Source of the DNA: Cladosporium halotolerans
Taxonomy: Eukaryota
Assembly (NCBI RefSeq): GCF_011745625.1
Contig: NW_027191463.1
Span: forward strand, 186,001-250,000
Length of the DNA stretch: 64,000 nucleotides
Direction of reading: 5' to 3'
The position numbers were made by a program, and so were the translations under genes. This document shows positions 48,642 to 60,566 of the stretch, piece after piece (position 1 is the first letter of the stretch; the number at the start of each line of letters is the position of its first letter). The notes beneath the pieces are model-generated. The model ran no database searches, had not been told where the DNA came from, and saw nothing but the letters and a program-made list of their open reading frames with translations.

Positions 48642-50012
48642 GGCCGATGCAAGCACAGGCGCAGCAACCCCGCGAAGATTTCCCCCAATATTCCAGGTGG
48701 CGAAAAACGACTGAGCTGTTGTATCAAGAAGGCGATGGCTGCAAGGCGCGAAAGGCGGCCGATCAATGAAGATGGCGACTCGCTCCAAGCTGGCGGTAAT
48801 AGATATGGGGAGCAAGTCGAGATATGCAGAACAGACACCAGCGAAGGGCGGTCCACAATTGGTAATATACTGGCCGGCAACGGGCGAGCGCCAAATTGCA
48901 TCACCCGCAAAGCTTCAAGCACCGCGTCCCCAGTGGAGATCGATGCAGACGTTCCACCGCACCAATCAACACATTTTTGCTCACGCCAGCAGATCTGGCG
49001 ACGCCACCATCTCGGCCCTACGGGAAGCCAGCATCCCAGAAGTCTGCATAAATGATCTTGTCGATGCCAGCACGAGTATCGACAACATGTTGCGCTGCCA
49101 CTCGCGGTCTTGAATGTATCGGATTCGGATAAAGAATTTGTAAATCGCTGAGCCTAACTCCGCATTGACTGCGGAGGAAATGGATGAGAGACGTTCTGCC
49201 CGGGCAGCCCACGGCGTCCTCGGCTACCGACAGCGCTAGCAGGCACTGCTTCACTTCCCTGCAGCTCCCCACGTGCGTGTTTTTGTCTTTGCTCTGTATA
49301 GCTAAGCGATACTTATTTCAACAGGCAATACTCATCGCGAAGGTCTGATCCTCGTACAGACAGAACCGCATTCCCCCTGCTCACAACGATAATTCTCCAA
49401 CTGCATCACATACCCATATCTCGACACTCCGCGGTGAGGGGACGCATGGGTAAGGCATCTGGATGCCGAAGTCCCGCAGCCCAAGCGATTTCAGACCTAT
49501 CCTTTGGCCTAGCTTGGTTGTATGCAAGCTTAATTGAGAAGGTGGACTGAGCGTGATACGATCCACCCTCACCGGCAAGATGCTCGTCCGCGATTGGCAA
49601 ATAGCGCGCGCTCTGTATGAAACCTTCAACACGACCAGGCTATATTGCTGAGACCATCGATGATAGCGAAAACCTCTTCTTATTGTCGTGGTGGGGCAGA
49701 AGCCCCAGATGTCTGCCCAAGGGCTTCGTGAGCGCATGCTCGAGCCACGCCTTGTCGATTGGACCAGGTTGCACGTGTCTATGGATGCCGTGTCAATAAT
49801 GGCTGGTTGGCTCATTCTTTTCAAGCAATTCGTGCTCTTGGTATTATTTGATATACAGATTGAATAGTATGTACAGACTGATTAGAAGCGGAGTGGTTGA
49901 TATACGAGTGGGCTCCATGTCCCCTGTCCAGTCCTGTTCATCTCTTCAAGAGTCGCCCCCAACAGTGCGCCTCCAGTAAAGGCGGCCTTGAAATTCAGCC
50001 CCTGGTGACCGT

Positions 50013-51818
50013 CTAGCTCTGTAGCGACTCCACAGCAGGCGTGTGCTTCATCGCAATATCGCTTTCCGCCGGCTGCTGCGCCTTGAGACGATAAGCCGCA
50101 AGAACACCAGTCAACAGCCCACCGACGTGCCCAGCGTGGTCTACGTTAGTCTTCTTGTGAAACCTGACCATGCCATACAGTTCACCGAGACTGTAAAGAC
50201 CAACCAACATCCACGTGACGTACGGCACGTCCACGCCCCAGATGGTGACGGAGCCGTTTGGTCGCAGGGCGCAGGAGGCGGCGACGACGCCGAGCACGCC
50301 GCCGGAGGAGCCGAAGGAATAGGTCATCCAGCGCTGAAGGAGGACGCTGTGCGTGAGACTGACCCATCCTCCGAAAATGCTTCCTCCTAGGAAGATGGCA
50401 AGGAAGGTCCCGCGGCCAACGTCCTCGTGCAAAGACAGGCCAAAGAGCCACAGTGCTGTGAGGTTGGCAGCCAAGTGGGAGACGGTGTCGTGTCGCCATG
50501 CAGCACCGACCAGGGATACCGCGAAGGGATACGCTGGTACGATGCAGAAGTACTTGCTGCTCAAGCGCCAGAAGATGGGAAGGCGGGACATGATAAAGGT
50601 CGTGAGAATGACGCCGGTAATTGCGCCGATAGTGGTGACCGCAGGAGCAGTTTCGGGGAATATGCGCGCGCTCTTGGGCGGAGGCGTGTACTGGTCACTC
50701 AAAACGAGAAGCGCGGCCAGACCGATCACAGCGAACAAGGTGGCGGGTCCAAGGCGCTGTAGCAAGCTCAGCTGGGGGACAGCGTTGTCCTTGATGATGG
50801 TGGCTTGATCCTCGTAGTACTTGACCCATTCCTTGCGCTCGACCGGCTTGAGCCATCCTTTCGTTTGAGCTCCAGTGATTTCGACGTCTCCGAGAGATTC
50901 GTACTTTGTCAAAGCAACACTTGGCTGCACGCCGCCCGAGAGCTCCAGAGGTCCTCTAGCAGAATTGATCTCAGCATTCTGCTCCTGGCGTTCCCGAGCC
51001 TCTTTCTCGGCCTGCTCCTTCTCCCACTTCGCCTCGTTGTGCCTCTGCATCATTTGGAGCGTGCTCTCGCCCGACCTCTGTCGCCCGTAATCAGTGCCCT
51101 GGTCCGACTCCTCCTCTTCTTCGGTAGGGTCCGGCTTGTACAGCTTAAGAGAAACCGCGCGCTCCCTCAGTTCCTCCCGCAGACGCTCCGTCTCCTCAGC
51201 CGCCCACCGCTCACCCGCCACCTGCTCGTCGAAGCTAGAGTCCAGCGATCGCAAATACTCCAAGCCCTGCAAAGCCTGCCACCTCGGAATTTGCCTCGCC
51301 TTGGGAAAGTCCAGACCGACGTCAATAAGGGCGCCAGAGACCCTCCGCCATTGCATCACGCTGAGAATATAATTGCCCGTGTCCGCGTCTACGCCCTCGC
51401 CGCCAAAGATGGCATTGATCTCGGCCTGGGGGAGCTCGCCGTTTGGCAAGGGCATGCCACCTTCTGGATCGTAATCGCGCCATGTGATGCCTTCATCTTC
51501 TCCGACCACATTTTCTACCACGCCCTCGGTGTGCGAGCCCACGGTCGTCGCGGGCTGAAGCTTCGAATCGTCATCGGCCTGACTCTTCTTCTTTCTCTTG
51601 CTCGCTTTGCTAGAGTATCGTGCATGTTGGTAAGCCAGCGTATGATCGAACACACTCCGACTCCTTTGTACAGTTGGCGCCGGCTTCTGGGCGCGTGCCA
51701 AGTTATGACTGCTGTGGTACCGCTGGAAGCCTCTGAAGAGGTGGAGGATTGGCTGTCGCTGCGCTGAGGGAGCCGCGCAGCGCGCTCGTGAGGCTACCGC
51801 AAGCCACGCATTGCTCAT
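50013..51818 (-). CDS. Mitochondrial rhomboid protease, PARL/PCP1-like
   Basis: Arg/Ser/Ala-rich presequence. Rhomboid core HDTVSHLAANL, catalytic GSSGG and DHAGHVGG. Confidence 0.85.
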   Translation of the reverse strand: MSNAWLAVASRARCAAPSAQRQPILHLFRGFQRYHSSHNLARAQKPAPTVQRSRSVFDHTLAYQHARYSSKASKRKKKSQADDDSKLQPATTVGSHTEGVVENVVGEDEGITWRDYDPEGGMPLPNGELPQAEINAIFGGEGVDADTGNYILSVMQWRRVSGALIDVGLDFPKARQIPRWQALQGLEYLRSLDSSFDEQVAGERWAAEETERLREELRERAVSLKLYKPDPTEEEEESDQGTDYGRQRSGESTLQMMQRHNEAKWEKEQAEKEARERQEQNAEINSARGPLELSGGVQPSVALTKYESLGDVEITGAQTKGWLKPVERKEWVKYYEDQATIIKDNAVPQLSLLQRLGPATLFAVIGLAALLVLSDQYTPPPKSARIFPETAPAVTTIGAITGVILTTFIMSRLPIFWRLSSKYFCIVPAYPFAVSLVGAAWRHDTVSHLAANLTALWLFGLSLHEDVGRGTFLAIFLGGSIFGGWVSLTHSVLLQRWMTYSFGSSGGVLGVVAASCALRPNGSVTIWGVDVPYVTWMLVGLYSLGELYGMVRFHKKTNVDHAGHVGGLLTGVLAAYRLKAQQPAESDIAMKHTPAVESLQS

Positions 51819-52209
51819 TATGCCAATGGGGCGTTGGGAGCCCTTTTGCTTAGGCACAAAAGAAATGTATTGATGGGACAGAGGCTTGCGACGAATGCCG
51901 CAGTGCAGCTCGCTGCGGGCGGAGATCGAGACGCTTCGGAGGTGTGCCGAGCTGCCCGCGACTTCGTCACCATTATTGATTGCTGGACGGGACGATCGAC
52001 CATCGATACGAGAATCAGTCAGATTTTGTAGGCAGTCCTCGTACGAAGCATTTTAAAATGAGGAGCACTGTCGAATTTACTGGAAATTTTCAATCACTGA
52101 TTTTGAGCAGTCGAAGTAGTCACTATATTACAAGTACAATGCTAGTAGAGTACATATATATACAAAGTCATCAATCATTACTTATTCAAATAACCCTGCA
52201 ACCGCCTCT

Positions 52210-54561
52210 TCAGACCGCAAGGACCTCCAGGTGATCGCCGTCAGCGTTGACCACAACCTTCGCCGTGTCGCCGCTCTTAATCGTGCCACGGATAATCTTG
52301 TCCGCCAGCATGTTTCCAACTTCTTTTGAAATCAACCGGTTCAGGGGACGCGCACCGTATCTGGGCTGATATCCCTTGTCGCACAGCCATGCCTTGACAT
52401 CGTTGGACACCGACAGCGTGATCCGGCGGTCATCAAGTCTACCCTGCAGTTCCTTCAGCCTGATGTCGACGATATCTCTGAGCGCCTCACGAGAAAGTCG
52501 CTTGAAGACGATGAACTCGTCGATGCGGTTGAGGAACTCGGGCGGGTAGGACGCTTGCACGACATCCATGACAGATTCCTTGACTTCGGGGCTGATCTCG
52601 CTGCCTGTGCTTTCGTCCATCACGAGAGCCTCGGCGCCCAGGTTGGAGGTCAGGACGATCATGGTGTTGCGGAAATCGACCTTGTGGCCCTGCGCGTCGG
52701 TTAAGAATCCCTCGTCCAGCACCTGCAGGAGCAGCGTGGAGATGTCTTTGTGCGCCTTCTCGAACTCGTCGAAAAGCAGGACGGCATACGGCTTGCGTCG
52801 CACCGCTTCGGTCAGCTGGCCTGCGTCTTCGTAGCCCACGTAGCCAGCGGGTGACCCGATGAGGCGTGAGACTGTGTGCTTCTCCTGAAACTCTGACATG
52901 TCGAAGCGCAGGACGGCAGACTCGGTGGAGAAGAGGAAGCCAGCCATCTTCTTGCAGAGTTCTGTCTTACCAACACCGGTGGGACCGAGGAACATGAACG
53001 AAGCCAACGGGCGGTTCTCGCCGCTCAGACCAGCGCGCTGCATGCGGACGGCGTTGGCGACTGCTGTGAGAGCTTCGTCTTGACCACGTACTGACTTTCG
53101 CAGCGTGTCTTCCATGTGGACGAGCTTCTCGACCTCGCCAGACATGAGCTTGTTAACCGGAATGCCTGTGGTGCGAGCAACGACGCCGGCGATGTCATCA
53201 GCGGTGACAGAGTCGTGGAGCAGGCTTTCTCTGCGATCTGACGAAGTGCCACCCTCGTCGCCCTGCAGAAGCTTTTTCTCGTACTCTGGGATAGTGGCAT
53301 ACCGAAGCTCACTTGCTCTGGCGAAGTTGCCCTCCCGCTGTGCTCGGTCCAATTCCATTCTCGCTTGCTCAAGGTTCTCCTTGGCCTTCTTGATGTCTTC
53401 AATCTCTGCCCTCTCACTTTCCCACTTCGCAGTGAGCTCGCCAACTTTGTCCTGCTTCAGCGTTAAATCCCTTTCGAGCTTCTCTTTCCTTTCATTGCTT
53501 GCTACGTCTTCCTCTTTGCGCAAAGATTCGAGTTCAATCTGAATGGTCATAATCTGGCGATCCAACTCTTGGATAGCGTCCGGCTTGCTTTCCTGTTGTA
53601 GCCGCAGAGCGCTTGCGGCTTCGTCGACCAGATCGATAGCCTTGTCGGGCAGAAAGCGATCGGTAATGTATCGGTTGCTGTATGCGGCCGCGGCGACGAG
53701 AGCACCGTCCGTGATCCTAACACCATGGTGAACTTCGTAGCGGTCTTTGATTCCACGCAAGATCGAAACCGTATCCTGTACTGTGGGTTCACCGACTTGA
53801 ATCGGTTGAAATCTCCGAGCGAGCGCAACATCCTTTTCGATCTGGCGGTACTCGTTCAGCGTTGTCGCTCCGCAGCACTGAAGCTCTCCGCGGGACAAAG
53901 CAGGTTTCAGCAGATTGCTCGCGTCGATACTGCCTTCCGCTTTGCCCAAGCCCAAGAGAGTGTGCAGCTCGTCGATGAACAGAATCACTCCACCTTGCGC
54001 ATCTTCCACCTCTTTCAACACCTTCTTCAGTCTCTCCTCGAAGTCACCTCTGAACTTTGCTCCGGCAATCAAACTTCCCAAATCAAGACTTATCACCCTC
54101 TTATTCTTAATGCTTTCCGGTACATCGCCGCGAATGATCCTTTGCGCCAGTCCTTCCAGAATAGCTGTCTTGCCAGTGCCCGCTGAGCCGATGAGCACAG
54201 GATTGTTCTTCGTCCGCCTTGACAAGATCTGGATGGTTCGTTGAATCTCGGAGTCGCGGCCGATGACTGGATCGAGTTTGCCATCCTTTGCCCTTGCGTT
54301 GAGATCGACACCATACTGCTCGAGCGCCGACTTCTCGGGCTCGCCACCAAGGTTCATGCGATGGTTGCCGCCGGGAGGCTGAGGGTTACCTCGCCCTGTC
54401 GCATACGGACGACATTGACTAATGGATGGGAGTGATCTTGTTAAAGCGAATCGAGTTGATGGCACCAGTTGCTTCGGAGTCAATCGAGTTGCACGTCGAG
54501 GGAGGGAGTGTCGGACGTTGGCAACGCGTCTTGCAGCATTTCGCCCTGCATGTGGTAGCAT
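52210..54561 (-). CDS. HSP78: Mitochondrial ClpB-type disaggregase Hsp78
   Basis: Mitochondrial presequence and no Clp N-domain. [10 protein letters not shown], Walker A motifs GSAGTGKT and [14 protein letters not shown], coiled-coil middle domain, [12 protein letters not shown] and YGARPL. Confidence 0.96.
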   Translation of the reverse strand: MLPHAGRNAARRVANVRHSLPRRATRLTPKQLVPSTRFALTRSLPSISQCRPYATGRGNPQPPGGNHRMNLGGEPEKSALEQYGVDLNARAKDGKLDPVIGRDSEIQRTIQILSRRTKNNPVLIGSAGTGKTAILEGLAQRIIRGDVPESIKNKRVISLDLGSLIAGAKFRGDFEERLKKVLKEVEDAQGGVILFIDELHTLLGLGKAEGSIDASNLLKPALSRGELQCCGATTLNEYRQIEKDVALARRFQPIQVGEPTVQDTVSILRGIKDRYEVHHGVRITDGALVAAAAYSNRYITDRFLPDKAIDLVDEAASALRLQQESKPDAIQELDRQIMTIQIELESLRKEEDVASNERKEKLERDLTLKQDKVGELTAKWESERAEIEDIKKAKENLEQARMELDRAQREGNFARASELRYATIPEYEKKLLQGDEGGTSSDRRESLLHDSVTADDIAGVVARTTGIPVNKLMSGEVEKLVHMEDTLRKSVRGQDEALTAVANAVRMQRAGLSGENRPLASFMFLGPTGVGKTELCKKMAGFLFSTESAVLRFDMSEFQEKHTVSRLIGSPAGYVGYEDAGQLTEAVRRKPYAVLLFDEFEKAHKDISTLLLQVLDEGFLTDAQGHKVDFRNTMIVLTSNLGAEALVMDESTGSEISPEVKESVMDVVQASYPPEFLNRIDEFIVFKRLSREALRDIVDIRLKELQGRLDDRRITLSVSNDVKAWLCDKGYQPRYGARPLNRLISKEVGNMLADKIIRGTIKSGDTAKVVVNADGDHLEVLAV

Positions 54562-54694
54562 CTTGATGTGTAGTAATATGTGAGACTGAACAGCAGCACA
54601 AGCTCACGCCGCGGGTGGTCGCTTGTTGCTATTGCCAATAGATATACGCAAAGACAAGAACGATACTGATGGTACTAAAGAAACACCGAGCAGC

Positions 54695-54707
54695 TTCTCG
54701 AAGCTCC
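54695..54707. promoter_or_regulatory. Heat-shock-element-like motif upstream of HSP78
   Basis: TTCtcGAAgcTCC, about 135 bp upstream of the HSP78 start codon in the HSP78/EF-1beta divergent promoter. Confidence 0.5.
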
Positions 54708-54930
54708 CGATCGGCGCTGCGATAAGATCCATCTTATCTCCAACAGCTCTCCGAGCATTCAGGCTGGGGCCCAAGCGGCCCGGGCGCTGCTAGTGGCTTT
54801 CAACCGCAACGTGCGCAGAAATTCTACTGTAGAGCCCCTCACTCTTCTTCCATCTTCTCTACAGCACAATCGTCTTCTCATCACCACTTCCCACCTATAC
54901 CACACAGATACCCGGGACAAAAACTTCACA

Positions 54931-55986
54931 ATGGGTTTCACCGACTTCGTTTCCGAGACTGGTCTCCACGGTTAGTCCATGCGCGAGGCAGGCGTCTCCA
55001 GCGCCGCGCCAGTCACACCGCTGCCGGGCAAGTAGCTGACGGATGGTATAGTCCTCAACAGCTGGGTCTCCACCCGCAGCTACATCGTTGGGTAAGTCTG
55101 CGACATCGATTTTCCCATTGCGACTGCGACCCTCCCTTGCCCTGCGAATTCCCTGATGAGCAACTTTGGTCCGTGTTTCTGAGGCGGCTTAAGACCCCGC
55201 TGAATGAAGACAAACCCATACGCGTTCTGCGCACCTCTGATCTTTCGATTATTTCTGCATCTATTTTCGCTCGAGATGAAGCTACGTTCAGTCGGCGAGC
55301 ACTCACTGACAGGAACCCTAGCAATGCCCCGTCCCAGGCCGACGTCAAGGCCTTCCAGCAGATGAAGGAGGCCCCCGCCGTTGAGAAGTACCCTCACGCC
55401 TACCGCTGGTACAAGCACATCGCCTCTTTCGAGTCTGAGTTCGGCAAGCTCCCCGGTGACGCCTCCAAGGACGTCACTGCCTACGGCCCTGGTGCCGAGG
55501 AGCTCACCATCAACCCGGCCAAGGCCCCCGAGAAGAAGGAGGAGGACGACGATGAGGTCGACCTCTTCGGCAGCGACGATGAGGTGGACGAGGAGGCCGA
55601 GAAGATCAAGGCCGCCCGCGTCGAGGAGTACAAGCAGAAGAAGGCTGGCAAGGCCAAGCCTGCCGCCAAGTCCATCGTCACCCTTGAGGTCAAGCCCTGG
55701 GGTATGTATCGATTCTCACTTTCGCTCAGTAGGACGCATGCTAACCAATTCTGCAGACGACGAGACTGACATGAAGGCTCTCGAGGAGTCCGTCCGCAGC
55801 ATCGAGAAGGACGGTCTCGTCTGGGGTGCCTCCAAGCTTGTTGCCGTCGGTTTCGGCATCAAGAAGCTCCAGATCAACCTGGTCGTTGAGGACGACAAGG
55901 TCTCTCTGGACGAGCTCCAGGAGGAGGTTGATGGCTTCGAGGACTACGTCCAGTCCAACGACATTGCCGCCATGCAGAAGCTTTAA
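54931..55986 (+). CDS. EFB1: Translation elongation factor 1-beta; 3 introns
   Basis: [69 protein letters not shown] and DIAAMQKL*. Confidence 0.96.
55148..55245 (+). ncRNA. snR18: Box C/D snoRNA U18/snR18 in EF-1beta intron 2
   Basis: Box C TGATGA at 55154-55159, guide TTGGTCCGTGTTT at 55166-55178 (complementary to the conserved LSU rRNA sequence GAAACACGGACCAA), D' CTGA 55179-55182, C'-like ATGAAGA and box D CTGA 55237-55240. Yeast EFB1 hosts snR18 in its intron. Confidence 0.9.
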
Positions 55987-56468
55987 GCGTGCTTGTCCAT
56001 AGCCGGGGCTGGCGCGTGTTTGAGTTTGATGTGACGATATACATTTCAAAAGCTGCATGGTCATTGGTTTCATGGTGAAACGCTTGATGAACTAGATACC
56101 TGATACCAATGTGACGCACAAAGTTGTGCATGACGAGAACACATCATTGTCCATTTTCCGATTTTACATTCATACCATCTTTCGTGTATGTACGACATGC
56201 ACCAAGTGGATCCCATACTTCCTATGTAGTCCAAGTTTTCAGATCACCGTATGCGCGCTGCACCAATTCTTCAAACTGCGATTTTCACGAGTCCAAATTT
56301 GTATTCCCTGTAGGGGTGGCTCCTACAGAGACTTTGCCCTGAAGTTCGGTCTCCGAGGCTGAAGAGCTGGTGCCGGGCCTCTTCCGCGCCCGCAACTTTT
56401 TCTCAAGTCTGCAAGCTCAACTTTTTTGGGCAACATCCACTCTCGCCCTTTACGAACGATACCTCACG

Positions 56469-58733
56469 ATGGGTCCGGCCAAAAAGAAGCAAAGACTATC
56501 AAACGGCACCGCGGCCGAGGTCGCCGAGAGTGCATTGGAAAATGCGCCCTCCACCGCCGCAGACGGCCAATCTGCAGCAAAGCCTGAGGACGACCAGCAC
56601 AAGCGCTCGCTTTTCGTCCGCTCTCTGCCTGCCTCCGCCACCACCGAGTCCCTGACCGAGCTCTTCTCCGACTCCTATCCCGTTAAGCACGCCGTCGCCG
56701 TCAAAGACCCTGCCACCAAGCAGTGCCGCGGCTACGGCTTCGTCACCTTCGCAGACGCTGAGGATGCCGCGCGCGCGAGAGCCGAGTTCAACGGCCACGT
56801 TCTTGACGGCAAGAAGCTGCGCGTGGAGATCGCAGAGCGCAGACACCGTGAGGGCGAGGAGGGTTCCGAGCACAAGGCGAAGCGCGAGGCGGAGAAGGAA
56901 GAGGCTAAGCAGCCGCCGAAGCTGATCGTGCGCAACTTGCCTTGGACAATCAAGCAGCCGAAGCAGCTGGAGAAGCTCTTCCTGAGCTACGGAAAAGTCA
57001 AGCAGGCGTACATTCCGAGGAAGAGCGGTGGTCTTTTGGCGGGCTTCGGTTTTGTGCTCATGAGGGGCAGGGCAAATGCTGAGAAGGCGATTGCTGGCGT
57101 CAACGGCAAGGAGGTCGACGGCAGGACGATTGCGGTCGACTGGGCTGTGAAGAAGGAGGATTATGAGAAGGGTGTTGCTGAAGAAGAAGACGAGGAAGTC
57201 GCTGGTGCAGAGGACGAGGCTGAGGACGAGGAGAGCGACGGCGGTGTCGATGTTGACGAAGAAGATGAGGAATCTGTTGGAGATGACAAGGATCCTGAAG
57301 ATGAAGACGACGAAGAAATGGACGAAGATGACGACGATGAGGATGAGGACGAGGAGATGGATGAGGAAATGGATGAGGAGGAGCAGGAGCAACAGAAGAT
57401 GCACCGCGAAGAAGACAAGTCTGCGACATTGTTCGTTCGCAACCTACCTTTCAACTGCACAGACGAGGATCTGGAAGATCACTTCAGCCAATTTGGCAGC
57501 ACTCGCTACGCCAGAGTGGTCATGGATCATGCGACCGGACGATCGAGAGGTACTGGTTTCGTCTGTTTCTACAACCCGGAAGATGCACGAGCTTGCCTTC
57601 GTGAAGTTCCCCTACGTACAGGCGCCAATGCCCAGCAGGCCGTAAATAAGCTTGCCATGGGTCCGTCCGTCCTACAGAACACTGAGACCGATCCTACCGG
57701 CAGATACACCCTCGACGGTCGCGTTCTTCAAATCACTCAGGCAGTCGACAAATCGCAGGCCAACAAATTTACCGAAGAAGGCAATGCGCACCGAGACCGC
57801 AGGGACAAAGACAAGCGCAGGCTTTACTTGCTCTCTGAGGGCACGATTCCCTCAAATTCAAAGCTGTGGCAGAGTCTGCCTCCGTCAGAGCAGACTATGC
57901 GTGAAGCAAGCTTGAAGCAGCGTAAGACTCTGATCGAGGGCAACCCCTCGCTGTCCCTGAGCTTGACACGTCTGTCTGTGCGCAACGTTCCTCGCAGCGT
58001 GGACTCGAAGCAACTCAAGGCTTTGGCTCGTGAAGCTGTCGTTGGTTTCGCAACTGAACTCAAGCAGGGCAAACGCCAGCGCCTGTCACACGAAGAGCTC
58101 GAGCGTGGAGGTGAAGAAATGGTCAAAGCAGATCTCGCCCGTAAAGATGCGGGCAAGGGTATCGTCAAGCAAGCCAAGGTCGTCTTCGAGAGCGAAGGCG
58201 GCAGCAAAGTTTCCGAGAAGGGTGGCGCAGGCCGCAGTCGAGGCTACGGTTTCATCGAATACTACACCCACCGTAGCGCGCTGATGGGTCTGCGTTGGCT
58301 CAACGGGCACTCGATTGATTACACAGTCTTACAGCAGAGGGGAACCCCCCACGGCAACAAGGCTGCCCAACAGGAGGCACTGCAGGATAAGAAGAAGCGG
58401 CTGATTGTGGAGTTCGCCATTGAGAATGCGCAGGTGGTGCACAGGCGCCAGGATCGCGAGGAGAAGGCCCGTGAGCGCAGTAAGTCTGTGCAACAGCGTC
58501 GGGAGGCAGGCGAGATTGTGCCCAGCGAGCGTGATCGCAAGGGTAAGAAGCTCGCGAAGGATAGGAAGAGGAAGAGGGACAAGGATGAGATCATGGGTAA
58601 GAGTAAGAAGACCAAGGCGAGCGTTAAGGAAGAGGAAGCGAAGATGACTCTGGATGAAAAGACGGCGAAGAGAAACCAGATCATCGGCCGCAAGCGCCAG
58701 ATGCGTCGTGCCAGACAAGGTGGCAAGAAGTAA
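56469..58733 (+). CDS. NOP4: Nucleolar multi-RRM ribosome biogenesis protein Nop4/RBM28
   Basis: Four RRMs (LFVRSL/RGYGFVTF, LIVRNL/GFGFV, LFVRNL/RGTGFVCF, LSVRNV/RGYGFIEY), an acidic tract, DKRRLYLLSEG and RLIVEFAIENAQVV. Confidence 0.94.
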   Translation: MGPAKKKQRLSNGTAAEVAESALENAPSTAADGQSAAKPEDDQHKRSLFVRSLPASATTESLTELFSDSYPVKHAVAVKDPATKQCRGYGFVTFADAEDAARARAEFNGHVLDGKKLRVEIAERRHREGEEGSEHKAKREAEKEEAKQPPKLIVRNLPWTIKQPKQLEKLFLSYGKVKQAYIPRKSGGLLAGFGFVLMRGRANAEKAIAGVNGKEVDGRTIAVDWAVKKEDYEKGVAEEEDEEVAGAEDEAEDEESDGGVDVDEEDEESVGDDKDPEDEDDEEMDEDDDDEDEDEEMDEEMDEEEQEQQKMHREEDKSATLFVRNLPFNCTDEDLEDHFSQFGSTRYARVVMDHATGRSRGTGFVCFYNPEDARACLREVPLRTGANAQQAVNKLAMGPSVLQNTETDPTGRYTLDGRVLQITQAVDKSQANKFTEEGNAHRDRRDKDKRRLYLLSEGTIPSNSKLWQSLPPSEQTMREASLKQRKTLIEGNPSLSLSLTRLSVRNVPRSVDSKQLKALAREAVVGFATELKQGKRQRLSHEELERGGEEMVKADLARKDAGKGIVKQAKVVFESEGGSKVSEKGGAGRSRGYGFIEYYTHRSALMGLRWLNGHSIDYTVLQQRGTPHGNKAAQQEALQDKKKRLIVEFAIENAQVVHRRQDREEKARERSKSVQQRREAGEIVPSERDRKGKKLAKDRKRKRDKDEIMGKSKKTKASVKEEEAKMTLDEKTAKRNQIIGRKRQMRRARQGGKK

Positions 58734-60566
58734 TCTAGTTTCCCAATGTATCATAGGTCCTATCATCGTTGGATCATGCATGATCCTTCTCATGTGCCCA
58801 CCCGTAGAACTACCGGACGCACTCTCCGTCGGATCCGGCGCGGTTGATCAGTCGAAGTCCATCAGCCCCGGGAACCTGGTCACAGTCACGCGCCAACGCC
58901 CCCACGGAAATTTAGAGAATCCTTGTTGCTCTTCGCCCTCAGGAGATATCTCTGTCTGAGGCCAGCAGCATTCAAGTGAATTTCATAGCCCAACAATGTT
59001 GGATCATCAGTGAGGCTATCAGGAATGCGATCGGAGGCCACTACTGCCCCTCCATCGGTGCGTTGATGTTGATGTGCTGCCCAACGAACCAGAAGATTCG
59101 CAATCTCATCGGACACAACATGGTGCAGGACGACTCCTCAAGGGTGACCCCACGTCATGCGGGCCGCCTGCCACAACCTCCTCGTCGACCTGAGCTGTCC
59201 ACTGTTTCCGGCCCACGTGTGAGCTGTCAGTAGAGAGCACTGTGCTGGCTTGTGCCCGCTATGAGATTTGTTGAACGGTCCTCGACCCTGCGACCAAGTC
59301 GCGGGCCATGCACCCTCTAGCCATAATGATAATGACGATGGTATGGTAAGAGTCCGTACGCAGGCGCCTCTTGAAGAAGTCGTGTCCACTCAAATCTAGT
59401 GTAGTCTAGCAAGAAAGATTTCGTCTAGATCTTGACCATGAAGACGACACTAGCACCTGGACACGACTTGGATACTGCATCAAGACCGGGATATGCCTGC
59501 GAGAACGGTTGACGGGCCAGAAGGGCCGTAGCTCCCTCCCGTTGGTTGTATGACGGCTAGGTGCATCCACCGATTCACCATGCCTGCAGGTTGCCTATCC
59601 GGTACGCTCTACGAGCCTGCACGAGCGCAAATCTTCCTAAGCACATGAAATTCTCCGAGCCGGAGACACTAAGTCGTGCACTCACTGTACGACGGACGAT
59701 GATTGATCCGTTGATAACGATGAATCCCATTCCGAGTGATGTTGGATACCCGCGCGGCACAAATATCGTCTGTGTCGGATGTCCTCGATGATATCACCCA
59801 TCTTCACGCATTGTGAGCTTTGGTAAACCCTGTCACGCCTGTCTCGGATCCCGTTGCTCTCGGCATCTGCCTGCTGCTTGTGTAATACATCTTTTGAGGG
59901 TGTTGAGAGCTACTCAATGCGAGCTACCTGTAGCGGGAGCACAGCTCTGCACGGGGCAGCAGACGGTTGCTCTCAACCAGGTTCTGATGCTCGCGGTGGT
60001 CAGAGGTATGCAGCTCTTCGCCAGAGTGGCAGCGGGTGGAAGACAGCCGCGGCGGTGCGGCATTAGGTGGAAGGTGCTGTTAGGAAATGGTTGGCTGAAT
60101 GTTTCATCAGACTCGTGTCATCACCAAACGGTGGGCATGGGGTATGCTGGCAGGTTGCGTGAAGATGGAAGAAGCCGAAGGCTGTTGGCAATGTCGAGCT
60201 ATCACGTAGAAGCCAACCGGTTAGTCGGGACCGCCCATATATGGAGACAATGCAGCTGCCTTCTCTTCCTACGACCCTCACCGACTTCTCATCACCTTCA
60301 CAAACCCGGTTTTTGCATAGTAGCCTTTCCCGAGTCAGGTGGATCTACCGTCTTTTATTGGTGGATCTTGTTTGACTTCTCTCGCTGCAACTAAGGAGAA
60401 CACACGCACCCGCACGCAAGCACCCTACTTCCTTGTAGGTTTTACGATCCACCGATATTGCAGTGCGACACTCGGGTAGACCGCTGATTCCGACCCTAGC
60501 ACCGCGCGAATCACGAGAATAGCAGGAGCCCCCAAAAAATTCGCCGATTAGCCACAAGTAACAGCC

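Noticed and set aside
56370..56468. In-frame GTG-started extension upstream of NOP4
   Set aside because: Short, pyrimidine-rich and UTR-like, in a poor initiation context, unlike the CK2 beta case.
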